DNA of 64,000 bases from Acidimicrobiia bacterium (GTDB lineage: Bacteria > Actinomycetota > Acidimicrobiia > Spongiisociales > ZC4RG35), in the NCBI GenBank assembly GCA_035253825.1, contig DATFBM010000033.1:12265-76264 (forward strand). Reading direction: 5' to 3'. How positions within the stretch are numbered: position 1 is the stretch's first letter; every line of letters starts with the position of its first letter. Made by a program: the position numbers and the translations under genes. Below, one piece after another: positions 28,382-38,686 of this stretch. The notes below the pieces were generated by a model, which was given only the letters and a program-made list of their open reading frames with translations, made no database searches and was not told the origin of the DNA.

Positions 28382-30889
28382 TCAGGAGCCGGGGAAATTC
28401 GGATACTGGATCCGTTGGTGGTAATGACCTATCAGTGCTTCGAGGAACGCGCGACGCGTCCGGGTCAGCTGGGCGAGGGTAAGCGTGCATTCGGTCAGCT
28501 GGCCATCGTTCACTTTCTCATCCACCACCCGATTGACGACCTTCTCGATCGCTTCAGGAGTGGGCTCTTCTTCTTGAAAAACCGCCCGGCACGCTGCTTC
28601 GAGGGAATCGGCCAGCATCACAATTGCCATCTCCGAGGATCGAGGCTTGTGGCCGACGTGACGGAAATCGGCCGGATCCACGGCTTCGTCTCCTTCCGCC
28701 CGTCGCGCTTTCTCGTAGAAGAAGCGCATGATCCCATCGCCGTGGTGGGTAACGATCGCCTCCGCCACTTCGGTAGGAATCTTGAATTTGCGGGCCAGAT
28801 CCACTCCATCGGTCACGTGCCGACGGATCAATGCCACCGACTGCCGCGGCTCGAGGTCGTCGTGGGGATTAGATGCGCCGAATTGGTTTTCGATGAAGTA
28901 GGCGGGGTTGGTGGTCTTGCCGAGATCGTGGTAGTAGGCAGCAGCCCGGGCCAAGAGAGCGTTTGCCCCCACCGCCCTGGCGGCGGCATCGGCGAGGGTT
29001 CCCACCATGAGCGAGTGATTGAAGGTTCCAAACGCCTCCTCCTGCAAACGGACGAGGGCGGCGTGATTGCGATCGGTCAATTCGAGCAGGCGGAGATTGG
29101 TGGTGATGTCGAAGGCGTTCTCGAAGAGCTGGAGCCCCGCCAGCCCCAGCAACGCTGTCAGCACCGAGATCCCGGCGGCCAACGCTCCCGCTCCCGCCAC
29201 GGTCTCCCAGGCGCTCTGGTCGGGGGTGGTATGGAAGAACCAGGCAACCGTGGCTGCGATCAGTGCCACCGCCGCCGCCGAGGCGAGCACCGCTCGGCGG
29301 TAAGCACCCTGAGTGGAAAGCGAGGACACGAAGCCGACGGGCACCATCGTCGACATGGCCGCGTAGGCAGCCAGACCCGGATCGCGAGTGCCGGCCGCCA
29401 CCAAAACCGACATCGCCAGGGCCATCACCGCGGCCACGCGGGAGTCGAAGAGCACCGTCGTCATCAATCCAAAGATCACCGTGGGTAGCAAGTACCAACC
29501 CGCCACCTCGTTGAGGCCAGCTTGGGCCTCAATGGTGAGCCGGACCCCCCCGGCCCCGAGGACCACCAGCAGGCCCAACAGCGCTGCCATCCGGGGCCGA
29601 TTCCAAAATTCCTGACGGAACCGGGCCAGGTAAAAGCCGATTGAAGCCACCATTGCCGCCAGCACCGCCAACAATCCCGCCGACTGGCCGGTTTCGGCCA
29701 ACGATGCAGCCCTCGTGGCGAGGATGGCATCGATCATGAACCGATCGAGACGATCCCCCTCCGAGGCGATGGTCTCGTTGGCGAGGATGGTTTCGGTGAT
29801 GTCTTCGACCCCGGCACGCGCCTCTTGCTTTTCGCGCTCGGTTGCGTCCGGATTGAAGACGTAGTTGGCTCGAACCGCGCTGGAGACGATGTCGGCGGCG
29901 GCGGCGGCCGCACGGGCGTCGGCGCTGGCGCCGATAAGGACCAGAGGTGGATTGGCGATGATCTCGTTACGAGTCTCGCCCAGGTTTTCGCTGGTGACAC
30001 GTTCGCCGAAGACATCGTTCAATTCGCGCTGGGCGCTTTCGTTGATGGCGGCCAGCCAGCTTTGCTCGCCGACCGCGGTGCGGACGACATCTCCTGAGGC
30101 ATATGCCACCAGGGTCTCGACCGTCTCCAGGTTGAGGTTGGCGTCGAGCTCTCTAAGTTCTGAGACTTGGACATCAGCCGTGCGCACCGCCGGCCGGTAG
30201 CCCACTGGAACCGAGAAGCAATTGCCGTCCTCGCACTCGATGCTTTGCAGGTCGTTGCCGCCCGACAGGGTGAGACCTTCGGGGAACTCAGGATCGCTCC
30301 CGTCGACCGCCACGTAGAGCGGCAAGATAGAGACTTGCGTCTGCCAGGTGCCGTTGCTTTGGGTCTCCGCCATTCCGATCTGGGTGCCGTTCTCGTCGTA
30401 GGCGAGGACGCTGATTCCCCCCAAACCCCGATCGACTGAATCGGCTGAGAACACCGAGTCGAAATCGGCATCCAGGAAGACCTGACCCGAGACCGCATAG
30501 GTGATCGCGGCCGCCCCCGCCGTGGTGGAAGCAGCGGCGGTAGTGGTGGCGATCTGATCTGGTTGGTTGAGCCGCGGAACCGGCGCGTCGTGATCGATCA
30601 CGCCGGCTGCAGCGGCGGCCATGATCTCTTCGATCGCAGCCACGCCCGCCTCTTCAGCCCCCACATCGCGCGATAGCTGGTCGGGAACTTCGTTCACGGC
30701 TTCAATCCGGGCCGCCTCGGTTGCCTCCTCATCCACCACTTCGGCCGTCACTTCGGCGACGTAGTTGCGAGTCGCCACCTGACCGGGCTCGAGGCCCGAC
30801 CGGTCCGAATCCCCGAGGGAAAGCAGCCCCCAGGCCCCCACGGCGGTGGCGATCAGAATCGAGAAGCGGACGAGGTTGGTGCGGTTCAT
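28382..30889 (-). CDS. 7TM-receptor HD-domain phosphohydrolase (PgpH/YqfF-like)
   Basis: Signal anchor, large extracytoplasmic region, 7 TM helices, then an HD/HDIG domain (FNHSLMVGTLA...AAYYHDLGK...HH). At 835 aa it is longer than the ~700 aa I expect. Confidence 0.85.
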   Translation of the reverse strand: MNRTNLVRFSILIATAVGAWGLLSLGDSDRSGLEPGQVATRNYVAEVTAEVVDEEATEAARIEAVNEVPDQLSRDVGAEEAGVAAIEEIMAAAAAGVIDHDAPVPRLNQPDQIATTTAAASTTAGAAAITYAVSGQVFLDADFDSVFSADSVDRGLGGISVLAYDENGTQIGMAETQSNGTWQTQVSILPLYVAVDGSDPEFPEGLTLSGGNDLQSIECEDGNCFSVPVGYRPAVRTADVQVSELRELDANLNLETVETLVAYASGDVVRTAVGEQSWLAAINESAQRELNDVFGERVTSENLGETRNEIIANPPLVLIGASADARAAAAAADIVSSAVRANYVFNPDATEREKQEARAGVEDITETILANETIASEGDRLDRFMIDAILATRAASLAETGQSAGLLAVLAAMVASIGFYLARFRQEFWNRPRMAALLGLLVVLGAGGVRLTIEAQAGLNEVAGWYLLPTVIFGLMTTVLFDSRVAAVMALAMSVLVAAGTRDPGLAAYAAMSTMVPVGFVSSLSTQGAYRRAVLASAAAVALIAATVAWFFHTTPDQSAWETVAGAGALAAGISVLTALLGLAGLQLFENAFDITTNLRLLELTDRNHAALVRLQEEAFGTFNHSLMVGTLADAAARAVGANALLARAAAYYHDLGKTTNPAYFIENQFGASNPHDDLEPRQSVALIRRHVTDGVDLARKFKIPTEVAEAIVTHHGDGIMRFFYEKARRAEGDEAVDPADFRHVGHKPRSSEMAIVMLADSLEAACRAVFQEEEPTPEAIEKVVNRVVDEKVNDGQLTECTLTLAQLTRTRRAFLEALIGHYHQRIQYPNFPGS

Positions 30890-31854
30890 CGACCATCACC
30901 GTCGAAACGGGAATAGGCGTCGACGATGGCGGCCACGATCCGGTGGCGGACAACGTCCTTCGAGGTCAACTCGACGAAAGCCACGCCGGGTATCCCCTTC
31001 AAGATCCGGCGCACCGTTTCGAGCCCCGAAGTCTTCTGAGCGGGGAGATCAGTCTGAGTCACGTCTCCAGTGACGACCATCTTCGAGTTGAACCCGAGGC
31101 GGGTCAGGAACATCTTCATCTGCTCGGGCGAGGTGTTCTGGGCCTCATCCAAGATCACGCATGCGTCATTCAGGGTCCGACCCCGCATGTAAGCCAGGGG
31201 CGCGATTTCGATAGTCCCCTTCTCGGTGAGTCGAGCCGTCTCCTCGGGGCCGAGCATGTCCCAAAGGGCGTCGTAGAGCGGGCGCAGATATGGATCGATC
31301 TTGGCGAAGAGGTCACCGGGCAGGAACCCAAGCCGCTCGCCAGCCTCCACCGCCGGTCGGGTGAGGATGATCCGACGGACGGCTCCCGCCGTCAGCGCTT
31401 CCACCGCCACGGCCATCGCCAGATAGGTCTTTCCGGTACCGGCGGGTCCGATTCCGAAGGTGACAGTGTTCTCTCGAACCGCGTTTATGTAGCGATGCTG
31501 GCCATGGGTCTTAGGTCGGACCAGCTTTCCGCGGCCGACAGCGACGCCGTCGGAGAGGATTCCTGCCGGACTCGGCACCGATGCCCGCACCATTCCCACG
31601 ATCTGTTCGAGGCGCTGGATGTCGAGCCGCTCACCCTCCTGTACGAGGATCAATAACTCGTCGAGAACGGTGCGGGCTTCTTCGACCTCAGGAGCGGGGC
31701 CGGAGAGCGAGACTTCGTTACCACGCGCAACCATCACCACCGTGGGAAAGGCGGCTTCCAGAGCTTTGAAGTTGGCGTCCGCCTGCCCGAGCAAATCGAG
31801 CATCAGGTGATTGGAAGGGACGCGCAGACGTTCTTCGACGAGGTCAGGGGTCAC
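30886..31854 (-). CDS. phoH: PhoH-family ATPase
   Basis: FGIGPAGTGKTYLAMAVA...ILDEAQN. GTG start. Confidence 0.92.
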   Translation of the reverse strand: MTPDLVEERLRVPSNHLMLDLLGQADANFKALEAAFPTVVMVARGNEVSLSGPAPEVEEARTVLDELLILVQEGERLDIQRLEQIVGMVRASVPSPAGILSDGVAVGRGKLVRPKTHGQHRYINAVRENTVTFGIGPAGTGKTYLAMAVAVEALTAGAVRRIILTRPAVEAGERLGFLPGDLFAKIDPYLRPLYDALWDMLGPEETARLTEKGTIEIAPLAYMRGRTLNDACVILDEAQNTSPEQMKMFLTRLGFNSKMVVTGDVTQTDLPAQKTSGLETVRRILKGIPGVAFVELTSKDVVRHRIVAAIVDAYSRFDGDGR

Positions 31855-31952
31855 GGCAGAAGGGCTACCGATAGCAAGCGTGAATTATACGACTGGTCAT
31901 GTTTGGTTTTCGCGCAAGCGTTCGCATCCACGGCGTTAGCTGCGCCGAACCC

Positions 31953-32300
31953 TCAACCCGGTGGCCAGGTGAATTGACGACCGGCAAGAAAATGCAGGTG
32001 GAGGTGGTGAACCGACTGTCCGCCCTGATCGCCGATGTTCGTTACGAGTCGCCAGCCCTGTGGAAAGTCCCGCCCAAGTTGTCGCGCAATATTGGCGAGG
32101 TCAGCCCACAACTCTTTGGCTTCTTCGTCCTCGGTATCGAGTTGGTCAAGCGAGACAACGTGGGCTTTCGGAGCGATGAGAATGTGGGTTGGAGCAACTG
32201 GCTGAATGTCGCGGAACGCGATTGAGTGATCCGTTTCCATCACCCTGTCAGCCGGAATCTCCCCAGCCACCAGGCGACAAAACAAGCAAGCGGAGACCAC
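31953..32300 (-). CDS. HIT-family (histidine triad) nucleotide hydrolase
   Basis: CLFCRLVAGEIPA...SVHHLHLHFLAG. Confidence 0.9.
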   Translation of the reverse strand: MVSACLFCRLVAGEIPADRVMETDHSIAFRDIQPVAPTHILIAPKAHVVSLDQLDTEDEEAKELWADLANIARQLGRDFPQGWRLVTNIGDQGGQSVHHLHLHFLAGRQFTWPPG

Positions 32301-32303
32301 TGT

Positions 32304-32774
32304 CTATTCGAGCTGGGCGAGTACCTGGCGAAGTGTGTTGCGGTCGGAGCGGACCAAGGCCGCCAGCAACTCGAGGTCGGCTTGCCGCACCGTCATATCC
32401 CCCGAACCACCCCGACGCCGCATCTGAATCGCTACCAGAAAGCGGTCGATCACGTCTGAAACATCCTGATCGACCGCCCCAATCGCATCAAGATCGATGT
32501 TGACGGTGTGGTCCTCTGCCTCGCTGTCCTCAGACGATGGAATCAGATGGGCTACATCCACTCGATAGAGCGCTGCGAGTCGGTGGAGCCTCTGAACCGA
32601 GATCGCCCGTTCTCCCCGCTCGTATGCGCCAAGCACCGATGAACGAAACTCTGAATCCGAGCGTTTCTCGACTTCCTGCAGCGACCAACCACGATGGCGG
32701 CGAGCCGCTCGCAGCCGCTCTCCCAATAGTTTGTCGAACCTTTCCAATGCGCCTCCTGGGCGAGACGCTACCAC
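32304..32774 (-). CDS. XRE-family helix-turn-helix transcriptional regulator
   Basis: LGERLRAARRHRGWSLQEVEKRS...AYERGERAISVQRLHRLAALY. Confidence 0.75.
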   Translation of the reverse strand: MVASRPGGALERFDKLLGERLRAARRHRGWSLQEVEKRSDSEFRSSVLGAYERGERAISVQRLHRLAALYRVDVAHLIPSSEDSEAEDHTVNIDLDAIGAVDQDVSDVIDRFLVAIQMRRRGGSGDMTVRQADLELLAALVRSDRNTLRQVLAQLE

Positions 32775-32792
32775 CGAGAGTGGCGGTGTGAA

Positions 32793-33461
32793 CTAGTCAC
32801 CCGCAAAATTAGTCGAGTGACTACTCACTTCTAAAACCGCAGCCACAGCCGCGGTTTCGGTCCGAAGGACCGTGCGCCCGAGAGAAAGCCGGGGCCAATG
32901 GGCCGGTAGCTCGTCCTCCGCCCAGCCTCCTTCCGGTCCCACCACCACTCTCAGTGGGGGCGGGGGAATGAACCGATCGCCGCCCTGATCGGCCACCACG
33001 GTCGCCCGTTCTGGCTCGAGATCGGCCGCTCCGACGAAAACGCGGTCCACCGCCGTGAGCCAACCGCCCCGGCTTTGCTCGAGAGCCGCCACCGCCCAAT
33101 CCTCTGCCCGGGCAATATGGTTGGGTCGGGCATTTCCAAAGCGAGACCGCAACCACCTGATCCTCCTTACCTCCAGCTCGGCTGCCTTCTCGACCAGAAA
33201 ACGAACCCGATCCCTCTCGTGAGGCGGAGCCACTGCAACCTCTAGGTCGATCGGCGGACTCACGACAGTCTCCTGCCCCCGGATCACCTGAGTCGAGGTG
33301 AGCTCACCCGAGCCGATAAGTCCCCTGCCGTCGGTGTAGCTGACCTCTGAACCTGATCGAAGCCGCAGTGCCTTGAACACGTGATTCACCTGAGCCGGCG
33401 AGAGGTCAATCCCTCGCCCCCGCCAGGGGGGCGGGAGGAAGAGGTGGGGGATGTGGGGCAT
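32793..33461 (-). CDS. rsmE: 16S rRNA (uracil1498-N3)-methyltransferase
   Basis: HLFLPPP... N-terminal PUA-like region, a C-terminal SPOUT region VVVGPEGGWAEDE, and its position after dnaJ. Confidence 0.8.
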   Translation of the reverse strand: MPHIPHLFLPPPWRGRGIDLSPAQVNHVFKALRLRSGSEVSYTDGRGLIGSGELTSTQVIRGQETVVSPPIDLEVAVAPPHERDRVRFLVEKAAELEVRRIRWLRSRFGNARPNHIARAEDWAVAALEQSRGGWLTAVDRVFVGAADLEPERATVVADQGGDRFIPPPPLRVVVGPEGGWAEDELPAHWPRLSLGRTVLRTETAAVAAVLEVSSHSTNFAGD

Positions 33462-34538
33462 CTAGCGCCGGCGCCGACGGCTCGCCTTTTGAGGCGATTC
33501 TCCTCGCAACTGGGCAAAGGCTCGGAGGGATTCCTCCTCTTCAACCGAAAGATTCGTCGGCACCTCGACGTCGGTGTGGACGAGGAGATCGCCCCGGCCT
33601 CGCCGCCCGAGATGAGCAGTACCAAGTCCGGGGAGTCGGAATACCGTTCCTGGCTGGGTCCCGGGAGGCACTTCTAGCTTTTCAGACCCTCCTTCGAGGA
33701 GGGGTACGTCGACTTTGATACCGAGGGCTGCTTCGGCGATCCCCACCCGGAGCGAGTACACCAGATCGTCACCCTCGCGCTCGAAATCGGGATGAGAGCG
33801 GACCCGTACCTCGACATGGAGATCCCCGGCACTTCCGCGGCGACCGGCGAATTCGCCGCGACCCGTCAGACGGAGTCGGGTTCCGCTCGGTACCCCCGCG
33901 GGAATCTCAACCCGAACGCTGCGTTCACCTGCGACTGCGCCGAGTCCTCGGCAATTGCGACAGGGATCGGTAACCACCGTTCCCTGACCGCTGCAGGTCG
34001 AACAGGCGGTGACGCTCATCATTGTCCCGAGCAGACCCCGGCGGGCAACACGCACGCTTCCCGATCCACCGCAGGTTGGACAGGTGATCGCTGAAGTCCC
34101 GGGCGCCGAGCCCTGGCCACCGCAGACGTCACAAGTGACGTGAGCCTCAAAGCGCACCTCGGTATCACCCCCGAATGCGGCCACCATCAGATCCACCTCC
34201 ACGGCCACCAGAACGTCGCGACCTCTCATCGTTCGCGGCGCCTGGCCAAAGAACCCACCGTCTCCGAAGACTGACCGGATGAGATCGTCGAGCCCACCCA
34301 TGCCGGCGAAAAGGTCGGTGAGATCGATCGTTTCCCCACGGTCGTAGGCATTGCGGCGCCCGGGATCACTCAAGACCTCGTAAGCCTCGGCCACTCGACG
34401 GAAGCGAGCCTCGGCGGCCGGATCACCCGGATTGGCATCCGGGTGGGAATCGCGGGCCAGTCGGCGAAAGGCGCGCTTTATGTCCTCGGAGGAGGCGGCG
34501 CGGTCAACTCCGAGGTCGGCGTAGTAGTCACGGGCCAT
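33462..34538 (-). CDS. dnaJ: Molecular chaperone DnaJ
   Basis: J domain DYYADLGV...HPDANPGD. Four CxxCxGxG zinc motifs (CDVCGGQG, CPTCGGSG, CSTCSGQG, CRNCRGLG). Confidence 0.93.
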   Translation of the reverse strand: MARDYYADLGVDRAASSEDIKRAFRRLARDSHPDANPGDPAAEARFRRVAEAYEVLSDPGRRNAYDRGETIDLTDLFAGMGGLDDLIRSVFGDGGFFGQAPRTMRGRDVLVAVEVDLMVAAFGGDTEVRFEAHVTCDVCGGQGSAPGTSAITCPTCGGSGSVRVARRGLLGTMMSVTACSTCSGQGTVVTDPCRNCRGLGAVAGERSVRVEIPAGVPSGTRLRLTGRGEFAGRRGSAGDLHVEVRVRSHPDFEREGDDLVYSLRVGIAEAALGIKVDVPLLEGGSEKLEVPPGTQPGTVFRLPGLGTAHLGRRGRGDLLVHTDVEVPTNLSVEEEESLRAFAQLRGESPQKASRRRRR

Positions 34539-34582
34539 CTGGCGCATAGGTTACGGTTCGAGTCCTTGAATCCAGACGAGCT

Positions 34583-35575
34583 TCAGGTGCCGATGCGATC
34601 TTCGAGGCCCCGTCCGACTTTTTCGACGGCGGAAATCGCGGTCCGATAATCCATCCGCATCGGCCCGATCACCCCCACCGAACCTTCGGCGCCCCCCGCC
34701 TCATACGTCGTCGAGACCACGGCTAGATCCATGCCTTCCGCCACCGGCAACTCCCCGCCAATGCGGATCGAGACGCCGGAAGCATTGACGAGGAGACCGA
34801 GAAGTTCTGCTTCCCGCTCGAGGACTTCCAGCACGCGGTGGACGGCGCCCAGGCTGGGCCAGGCTTCGGCCATCTGCCGGGTTCCCCCGACATAGACCTC
34901 TCCGGGAGCGGCGGCGCTCTGTCGCAGCACCTGCATGAGGGCCTGGCCGATTTCTCGAATCTGATCGGGCTGGTTCGAGAAAAGATCTGTCTGCTCGGGC
35001 CCGCGACCGAGCTCGGAGCCGATGAGACTGCGGGCTGCGATCTGCTCGACCTTAAGGGCATCGTCGACACTGAAAGGGTGGTCGAGCCGGAGGTGGTGTT
35101 GGATCACACGGCCTCGATCGGTCACAATCACCGCCATCAGGTTCTGGGTGGTCAGCGTCACCAGGTGTAGGCCCCGCACCACCTCGCTCGAAGCTCCCGG
35201 CGAGACCACGACCGCCGGGTAGTGAGTCACCTCGGCCAGCAGCTGGGAAGTTGCCTTGAAGAGGTTGGAAAGCTCGAGCTGCACCGACGAGAAGAATCCG
35301 GCGATTCGGGCTTGGTCGGAGCTGGCCAGGCGTCCCCGGCCAATGTGATCGACGTAGTAGCGATAAGCCCGGGGAGTGGGGATCCGCCCGGCGGATGTGT
35401 GCGGTTGCACCACGAACCCTTCGCGTTCGAGGGCAGCGAGATCGTTGCGGATTGTGGCCGCCGAGACCCCGATGGCGGTCTCGGACAGGATGGCGCGGGA
35501 ACTAACCGGCTCGCCGGTCTTGATGTGTGCTTCCACCAACGCCCGGAGCACGTCGGAGCGGCGCTCCTCCAGCAT
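34583..35575 (-). CDS. hrcA: Heat-inducible transcription repressor HrcA
   Basis: MLEERRSDVLRALVEAHIKTGEPVSSRAI...SAATIRNDLAALEREGF. Confidence 0.92.
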   Translation of the reverse strand: MLEERRSDVLRALVEAHIKTGEPVSSRAILSETAIGVSAATIRNDLAALEREGFVVQPHTSAGRIPTPRAYRYYVDHIGRGRLASSDQARIAGFFSSVQLELSNLFKATSQLLAEVTHYPAVVVSPGASSEVVRGLHLVTLTTQNLMAVIVTDRGRVIQHHLRLDHPFSVDDALKVEQIAARSLIGSELGRGPEQTDLFSNQPDQIREIGQALMQVLRQSAAAPGEVYVGGTRQMAEAWPSLGAVHRVLEVLEREAELLGLLVNASGVSIRIGGELPVAEGMDLAVVSTTYEAGGAEGSVGVIGPMRMDYRTAISAVEKVGRGLEDRIGT

Positions 35576-35610
35576 TTGGACTCGATTTTAGCAAGGCGGT
35601 CGGGCTCCGG

Positions 35611-35638
35611 TTAGCAATCAGGGGGGCGGGAGTGCTAA
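35611..35638 (-). promoter_or_regulatory. CIRCE-like HrcA operator upstream of hrcA
   Basis: TTAGCAATC-N10-GAGTGCTAA (rc TTAGCACTC-N10-GATTGCTAA) versus consensus TTAGCACTC-N9-GAGTGCTAA. It overlaps the hemW stop. Confidence 0.7.
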
Positions 35639-36799
35639 CACAGCTCGCGAGGCGGCGTCGGTGAGCAGCGGCTTCCGGACCCGCAGGCGGTCGCGATCGA
35701 AGTCGATGACCCCGGCCTCCTCGAGCCGTTTTCCATCCATAGAAGCCGCCAGGGCGGCTCCCCCCGCCCCGGAGATGACACCGGCTGCCCGCCGCAGGCC
35801 GAGAAAGAGGCGTTCGAGCTCGCGATCCCAGCCCGAGACCTCCTCGGATCCGGCGATCGGAGCGGCAGAGCCTGAAGCCAAGGCGTCGAGGTAGGTGTCG
35901 AAGCGACGGAAATTGTGGGAGCGGATTCCATCGCGAAGCCGGTGAGCGGAAAGACCGAAGCCGAGGAAATCGGCCTGGGCCCAAACCGCCAGGTTGTAGC
36001 GGACCGGGTGCCCGGGTCGAGCCCAGTTGGAAACCTCGTACCGCACCAGCCCGGCATTGGTGGCGAGGGCATTGGCCCTCTCCCATTGATCGGCCTGGAG
36101 GTCGGGGTCGGGGGCTGGAGCCCCTTCCGATATTCGGCGGTAGAGGTCGGTGCCCGGCTCGACCGTGAGGCCGTAGCAACTGAGGTGATCGAGGCCCAGC
36201 CCGAGCGCCTGATCAACACTGCTCGTCCACCTTGCCACATCCTCCCCGGCGGATCCGTAGATCAAATCGAGATTCACCGAACTGAACCCGGCTTCCCTGG
36301 CGGACAACACCGCCGCCTCTATCTGCTGAGGGCGGTGGCGGCGGCCAAGCGAGATCAGGGTTCGTTGCTCGAAGCTCTGCGCCCCGAACGAAACCCGGTT
36401 GAAACCAGCCGCGCGCAAAGTAACCGCCTTCGCCAGAGTCCAGTCCTCCGGGTTCGCTTCCAGCGATATCTCGGCGTCGGTAGCCAGCCCGAATCGCTTA
36501 TCGAGCCTTTCCAGAACCTGAGCCAAAAGCGTTGGCTCAATGATCGATGGCGTACCACCTCCAAAATAAACAGCATCGAGCTGCTTCCAGGCCGGCTCGG
36601 AGTCGATCTCGGCTCCGAGAGCGTCTAGGTAGCGGTCAAAGTCAGCATCGCGTCCGGTGACCACAGCGAAGTCGCAATAGGGGCAGAGTCGGGAGCAGAA
36701 GGGAATATGGATGTAGGCCGCTGCCCAAGCCGCGGCGCGGTCGGCCAGCTCTGGTGAATCCGGCCAATCAATCGGCGTCGACTCGGAGAGCAGCAACAA
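35618..36799 (-). CDS. hemW: Radical SAM heme chaperone HemW (HemN-like, oxygen-independent coproporphyrinogen oxidase family)
   Basis: [16 protein letters not shown] radical-SAM cluster motif. The TTG start overlaps the lepA end by ~30 nt. Confidence 0.88.
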   Translation of the reverse strand: MLLLSESTPIDWPDSPELADRAAAWAAAYIHIPFCSRLCPYCDFAVVTGRDADFDRYLDALGAEIDSEPAWKQLDAVYFGGGTPSIIEPTLLAQVLERLDKRFGLATDAEISLEANPEDWTLAKAVTLRAAGFNRVSFGAQSFEQRTLISLGRRHRPQQIEAAVLSAREAGFSSVNLDLIYGSAGEDVARWTSSVDQALGLGLDHLSCYGLTVEPGTDLYRRISEGAPAPDPDLQADQWERANALATNAGLVRYEVSNWARPGHPVRYNLAVWAQADFLGFGLSAHRLRDGIRSHNFRRFDTYLDALASGSAAPIAGSEEVSGWDRELERLFLGLRRAAGVISGAGGAALAASMDGKRLEEAGVIDFDRDRLRVRKPLLTDAASRAVLALPPP

Positions 36800-38597
36800 A
36801 TGCCTCCTGGGGAACCTCGACCGACCCCACCATCTTCATGCGCTTCTTCCCCTCCTTCTGGCGCTCGAGGAGCTTGCGTTTGCGGGTGACATCTCCGCCG
36901 TAGCATTTGGCGAGGACGTCCTTCCGCCGGGCCTTGACCGTTTCCCGGGCGATGATCCGCCCTCCTATCGCAGCCTGGATGGGTATATCGAATAGCTGAC
37001 GGGGTATCAGTTCCCGAAGGCGCTCGGTCATCAGCTTTCCGTAAGCCGCGGCCTTGTCCCGATGAACGATCGCCGAAAAGGCGTCGACAGGGACCGAGTT
37101 GAGCAGTACATCCACTTTGACCAGGTCCGAGGGTCGATATCCGCTGGGCTCGTAATCGAGCGAGGCGTAGCCCTTGGTGCGGGATTTGAGAAGGTCGAAG
37201 AAGTCGAAGACGACTTCGCTGAGCGGAACCTGATAGGTCAACTCGACGCGCTCGGGTGAGAGGTAGTGCATGCTCCCTTCGAGACCGCGCCGGCTCTGGA
37301 TCAGCTCCATCACCGAGCCGATGTACTCGGCCGGTGTAATGATCATGACCTGCACATAGGGCTCATCAATCGAGGTCCGATAATCCGGTTCGGGCAAATC
37401 TTGGGGCGAGCGAATCTCGCGTAGATCCCCGCTGTTGAGATGGACCCGGAAGGCGACCGAGGGGGCGGTCGCCACCAGATCGAGGCCATATTCCCGCTCG
37501 AGGCGTTCGCGAATGATTTCCATGTGGAGGAGTCCGAGGAATCCGACTCGGAATCCGAAACCCAATGCCCGACTTGTCTCGGGTTCGTACTGGAGCGAGG
37601 CGTCGTTGAGGGTGAGCTTCTCCAGCGCCTCCCGAAGTCGCTCGAAGTCATCTCCGTCAGTCGGAAAGAGCCCGGAGAAGACCATCGGCTTGGGCTCAGC
37701 GTATCCGGGCAAGGCCTGGGAGGCTGGACGGCGAGCGTGGGTGATCGTGTCGCCGACCTTGATCCGCCCGATTTCCTTCACTCCCGTGATCAGATAGCCC
37801 ACCTCGCCTGGACCCAGCTCGTGTACCGGAACCGCTTTCGGCGTCAACACCCCGACTTCGTCGGCGGTATGCGATTCGCTCGTGGCCATGAATCGGATTT
37901 GATCACCGGCCAGAAGCGATCCGTCTACGACCCGCACATAGCAAACCACACCGCGATAGGAGTCGTAATAGCTATCGAAGACGAGGGCGCGGAGCGGTGC
38001 CTCGCGATCGCCGGCGGGAGGCGGCACCCGTCGAACCACCTCGTCAAGGAGGGCAGGCACGCCTTCCCCGGTCTTGGCAGACAAAGCCAGCACCTCGGAG
38101 GCCGACCCGCCCAGGATTCCGATCAGTTCCTGGGTCACTCGATCGGGGTCGGCGGCGGGTAGGTCGATCTTGTTGAGGGCGGGAATCACCTCGAGGCCGG
38201 CGTTGACTGCTAGGTAGGCATTCGCCAATGTCTGGGCTTGCACCCCTTGAGCGGCGTCGGCCAGCAAGAGCGCCCCTTCGCAGGCGGCCAGGGAACGGGA
38301 GACCTCGTAAGAGAAATCGACGTGGCCCGGCGTGTCGATCAAGTTGATGACGTAGGCGCGCCCATCGCCGCTGCGGTGGTGCAGGCGGACCGCCTGGGCC
38401 TTGATGGTGATTCCGCGCTCGCGCTCGAGATCCATCGTGTCGAGCACTTGTTCTCGCATCTCTCGAGCCGAGATCGCCCCCGTCTGCTCGAGTAGTCGAT
38501 CCGCCAGGGTCGACTTGCCATGGTCGATGTGGGCGATGATGCAAAAGTTGCGGATCTGCGATTGCTCGACCATCTGAGCAGCCAGGTTATGAGCCAT
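36768..38597 (-). CDS. lepA: Elongation factor 4 (LepA)
   Basis: [22 protein letters not shown]...DTPGHVDF. The start is ATG 38597 or ATG 38573; neither has a clear SD. Confidence 0.93.
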   Translation of the reverse strand: MAHNLAAQMVEQSQIRNFCIIAHIDHGKSTLADRLLEQTGAISAREMREQVLDTMDLERERGITIKAQAVRLHHRSGDGRAYVINLIDTPGHVDFSYEVSRSLAACEGALLLADAAQGVQAQTLANAYLAVNAGLEVIPALNKIDLPAADPDRVTQELIGILGGSASEVLALSAKTGEGVPALLDEVVRRVPPPAGDREAPLRALVFDSYYDSYRGVVCYVRVVDGSLLAGDQIRFMATSESHTADEVGVLTPKAVPVHELGPGEVGYLITGVKEIGRIKVGDTITHARRPASQALPGYAEPKPMVFSGLFPTDGDDFERLREALEKLTLNDASLQYEPETSRALGFGFRVGFLGLLHMEIIRERLEREYGLDLVATAPSVAFRVHLNSGDLREIRSPQDLPEPDYRTSIDEPYVQVMIITPAEYIGSVMELIQSRRGLEGSMHYLSPERVELTYQVPLSEVVFDFFDLLKSRTKGYASLDYEPSGYRPSDLVKVDVLLNSVPVDAFSAIVHRDKAAAYGKLMTERLRELIPRQLFDIPIQAAIGGRIIARETVKARRKDVLAKCYGGDVTRKRKLLERQKEGKKRMKMVGSVEVPQEAFVAALRVDAD

Positions 38598-38652
38598 CTG
38601 TGAACCCAGGGTTCGCAGGTCGGCTGTGCCTATCTGTGAGCCCCACAGAATG
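38598..38652 (+). repeat. Copy B of an unclassified ~55-nt intergenic repeat
   Basis: ctgtgaacccagggttcgcaggtcggctgtgcctatctgtgagccccacagaatg. It matches 54198..54251 at 45 of 55 aligned positions by hand alignment. It contains the 9-bp stem CUGUGAACC-CAG-GGUUCGCAG. Confidence 0.7.
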
Positions 38653-38686
38653 ATGACCACGGAGTCGGAGCTACCCTTCTCCCCTC

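Noticed and set aside
38603-38615. GAACCCAGGGTTC read as a LexA/Cheo SOS box
   Set aside because: The SOS box of Gram-positive bacteria and actinobacteria is GAAC-N4-GTTC. Here the spacer is 5 nt, and neither flanking gene (lepA, rpsT) is an expected SOS gene. It is kept only as part of the 55-nt repeat finding.
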